Assembly (NCBI GenBank): GCA_000004695.1
Contig: CM000151.3
Location: 2,176,001-2,240,000, forward strand
Direction: 5' to 3'
Source: Dictyostelium discoideum
Taxonomy: Eukaryota
DNA length: 64,000 bases
Shown: piece after piece, positions 63,769 through 64,000 of the stretch
Position numbering within the stretch: the first letter of the stretch is position 1
Layout: every line of letters starts with the position of its first letter
Notes under the pieces: model-generated
The model's input: the letters and a program-made list of their open reading frames with translations, nothing else
Told to the model about the DNA's origin: nothing
Databases searched by the model: none
Position numbers and translations under genes: made by a program

Positions 63769-63853
<85 letters not shown>

Positions 63854-63991
63854 TTCATTTGATTTAATTTTACCAACTATAATTTTAAAAGGTTGATAAT
63901 TGTTTCTTTGCCTTTCAATTTTTTGAATATAATCGAATGGTGATGTATTATCGTCGATTAAGTAATCATATACTATTGCACCTCTACTCAT
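63128..63991 (-). CDS. Asn-rich hypothetical protein (287 aa)
   Basis: The ORF runs from the ATG at 63991 to a stop at 63128. Its unique-sequence segments (..GTLFGVSNFPNSISPERKVKGKHLLETKL.., ..VEKEAPAPMEHVNTSSIFVPPYTSQFS..) are separated by (AAT)n-encoded poly-N. I recognise no family. Confidence 0.4.
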
Positions 63992-64000
63992 TTTACCATG

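Overview
This window is AT-rich (about 75-80% A+T) nuclear DNA with long poly(A)/poly(T) and (AAT)n tracts, short AT-rich GT..AG introns (70-250 nt) and Asn/Gln/Ser-rich coding low-complexity. That combination is characteristic of a dictyostelid amoeba (Dictyostelium-type) chromosome; there are no prokaryotic operons, so all genes were modelled as eukaryotic with hand-derived splice junctions. The ORF track appears to include stop codons in its coordinates and to accept TTG/GTG as starts, so many listed ORFs are fragments of spliced genes. I can support about 25 protein-coding genes. Housekeeping genes recognised by conserved motifs: Ser/Thr dehydratase, RLP24, a GCN2-type eIF2alpha kinase (ifkA-like, 2258-aa main exon), a PSTALRE Cdk1, ALG2 mannosyltransferase, EMG1/NEP1, a C2-domain protein, an IU-nucleoside hydrolase, DRAP1/NC2alpha, an acid-lipase-family lipase, two papain-family genes, a WH1-less WASP-family gene, a bacterial-type isocitrate lyase and several Asn-rich hypotheticals. 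I did not recognise any rRNA, tRNA, CRISPR array or transposon. The main result of the hunt is a birth-and-death cluster of paralogous single-pass surface-receptor genes with IPT/TIG and EGF-like modules: five loci on both strands (3.7-13.7 kb, 26-36 kb, 46.6-49.6 kb). It comprises an intact 7-exon member with N-terminal plant-type LRRs, a frameshifted tandem copy whose 5' exons are displaced behind a breakpoint marked by a 15-bp inverted repeat, and a tandem pair showing near-identical gene-conversion-like tracts. The architecture resembles polymorphic kin/allorecognition receptor loci of the Tgr type. Secondary curiosities are a papain homologue whose catalytic Cys is replaced by Ser, an RWD domain of the GCN2 kinase encoded by three exons separated by a roughly 240-bp pure (ATT)n intron, a bacterial-length isocitrate lyase, and a 108-bp tandem duplication in a receptor-gene promoter.
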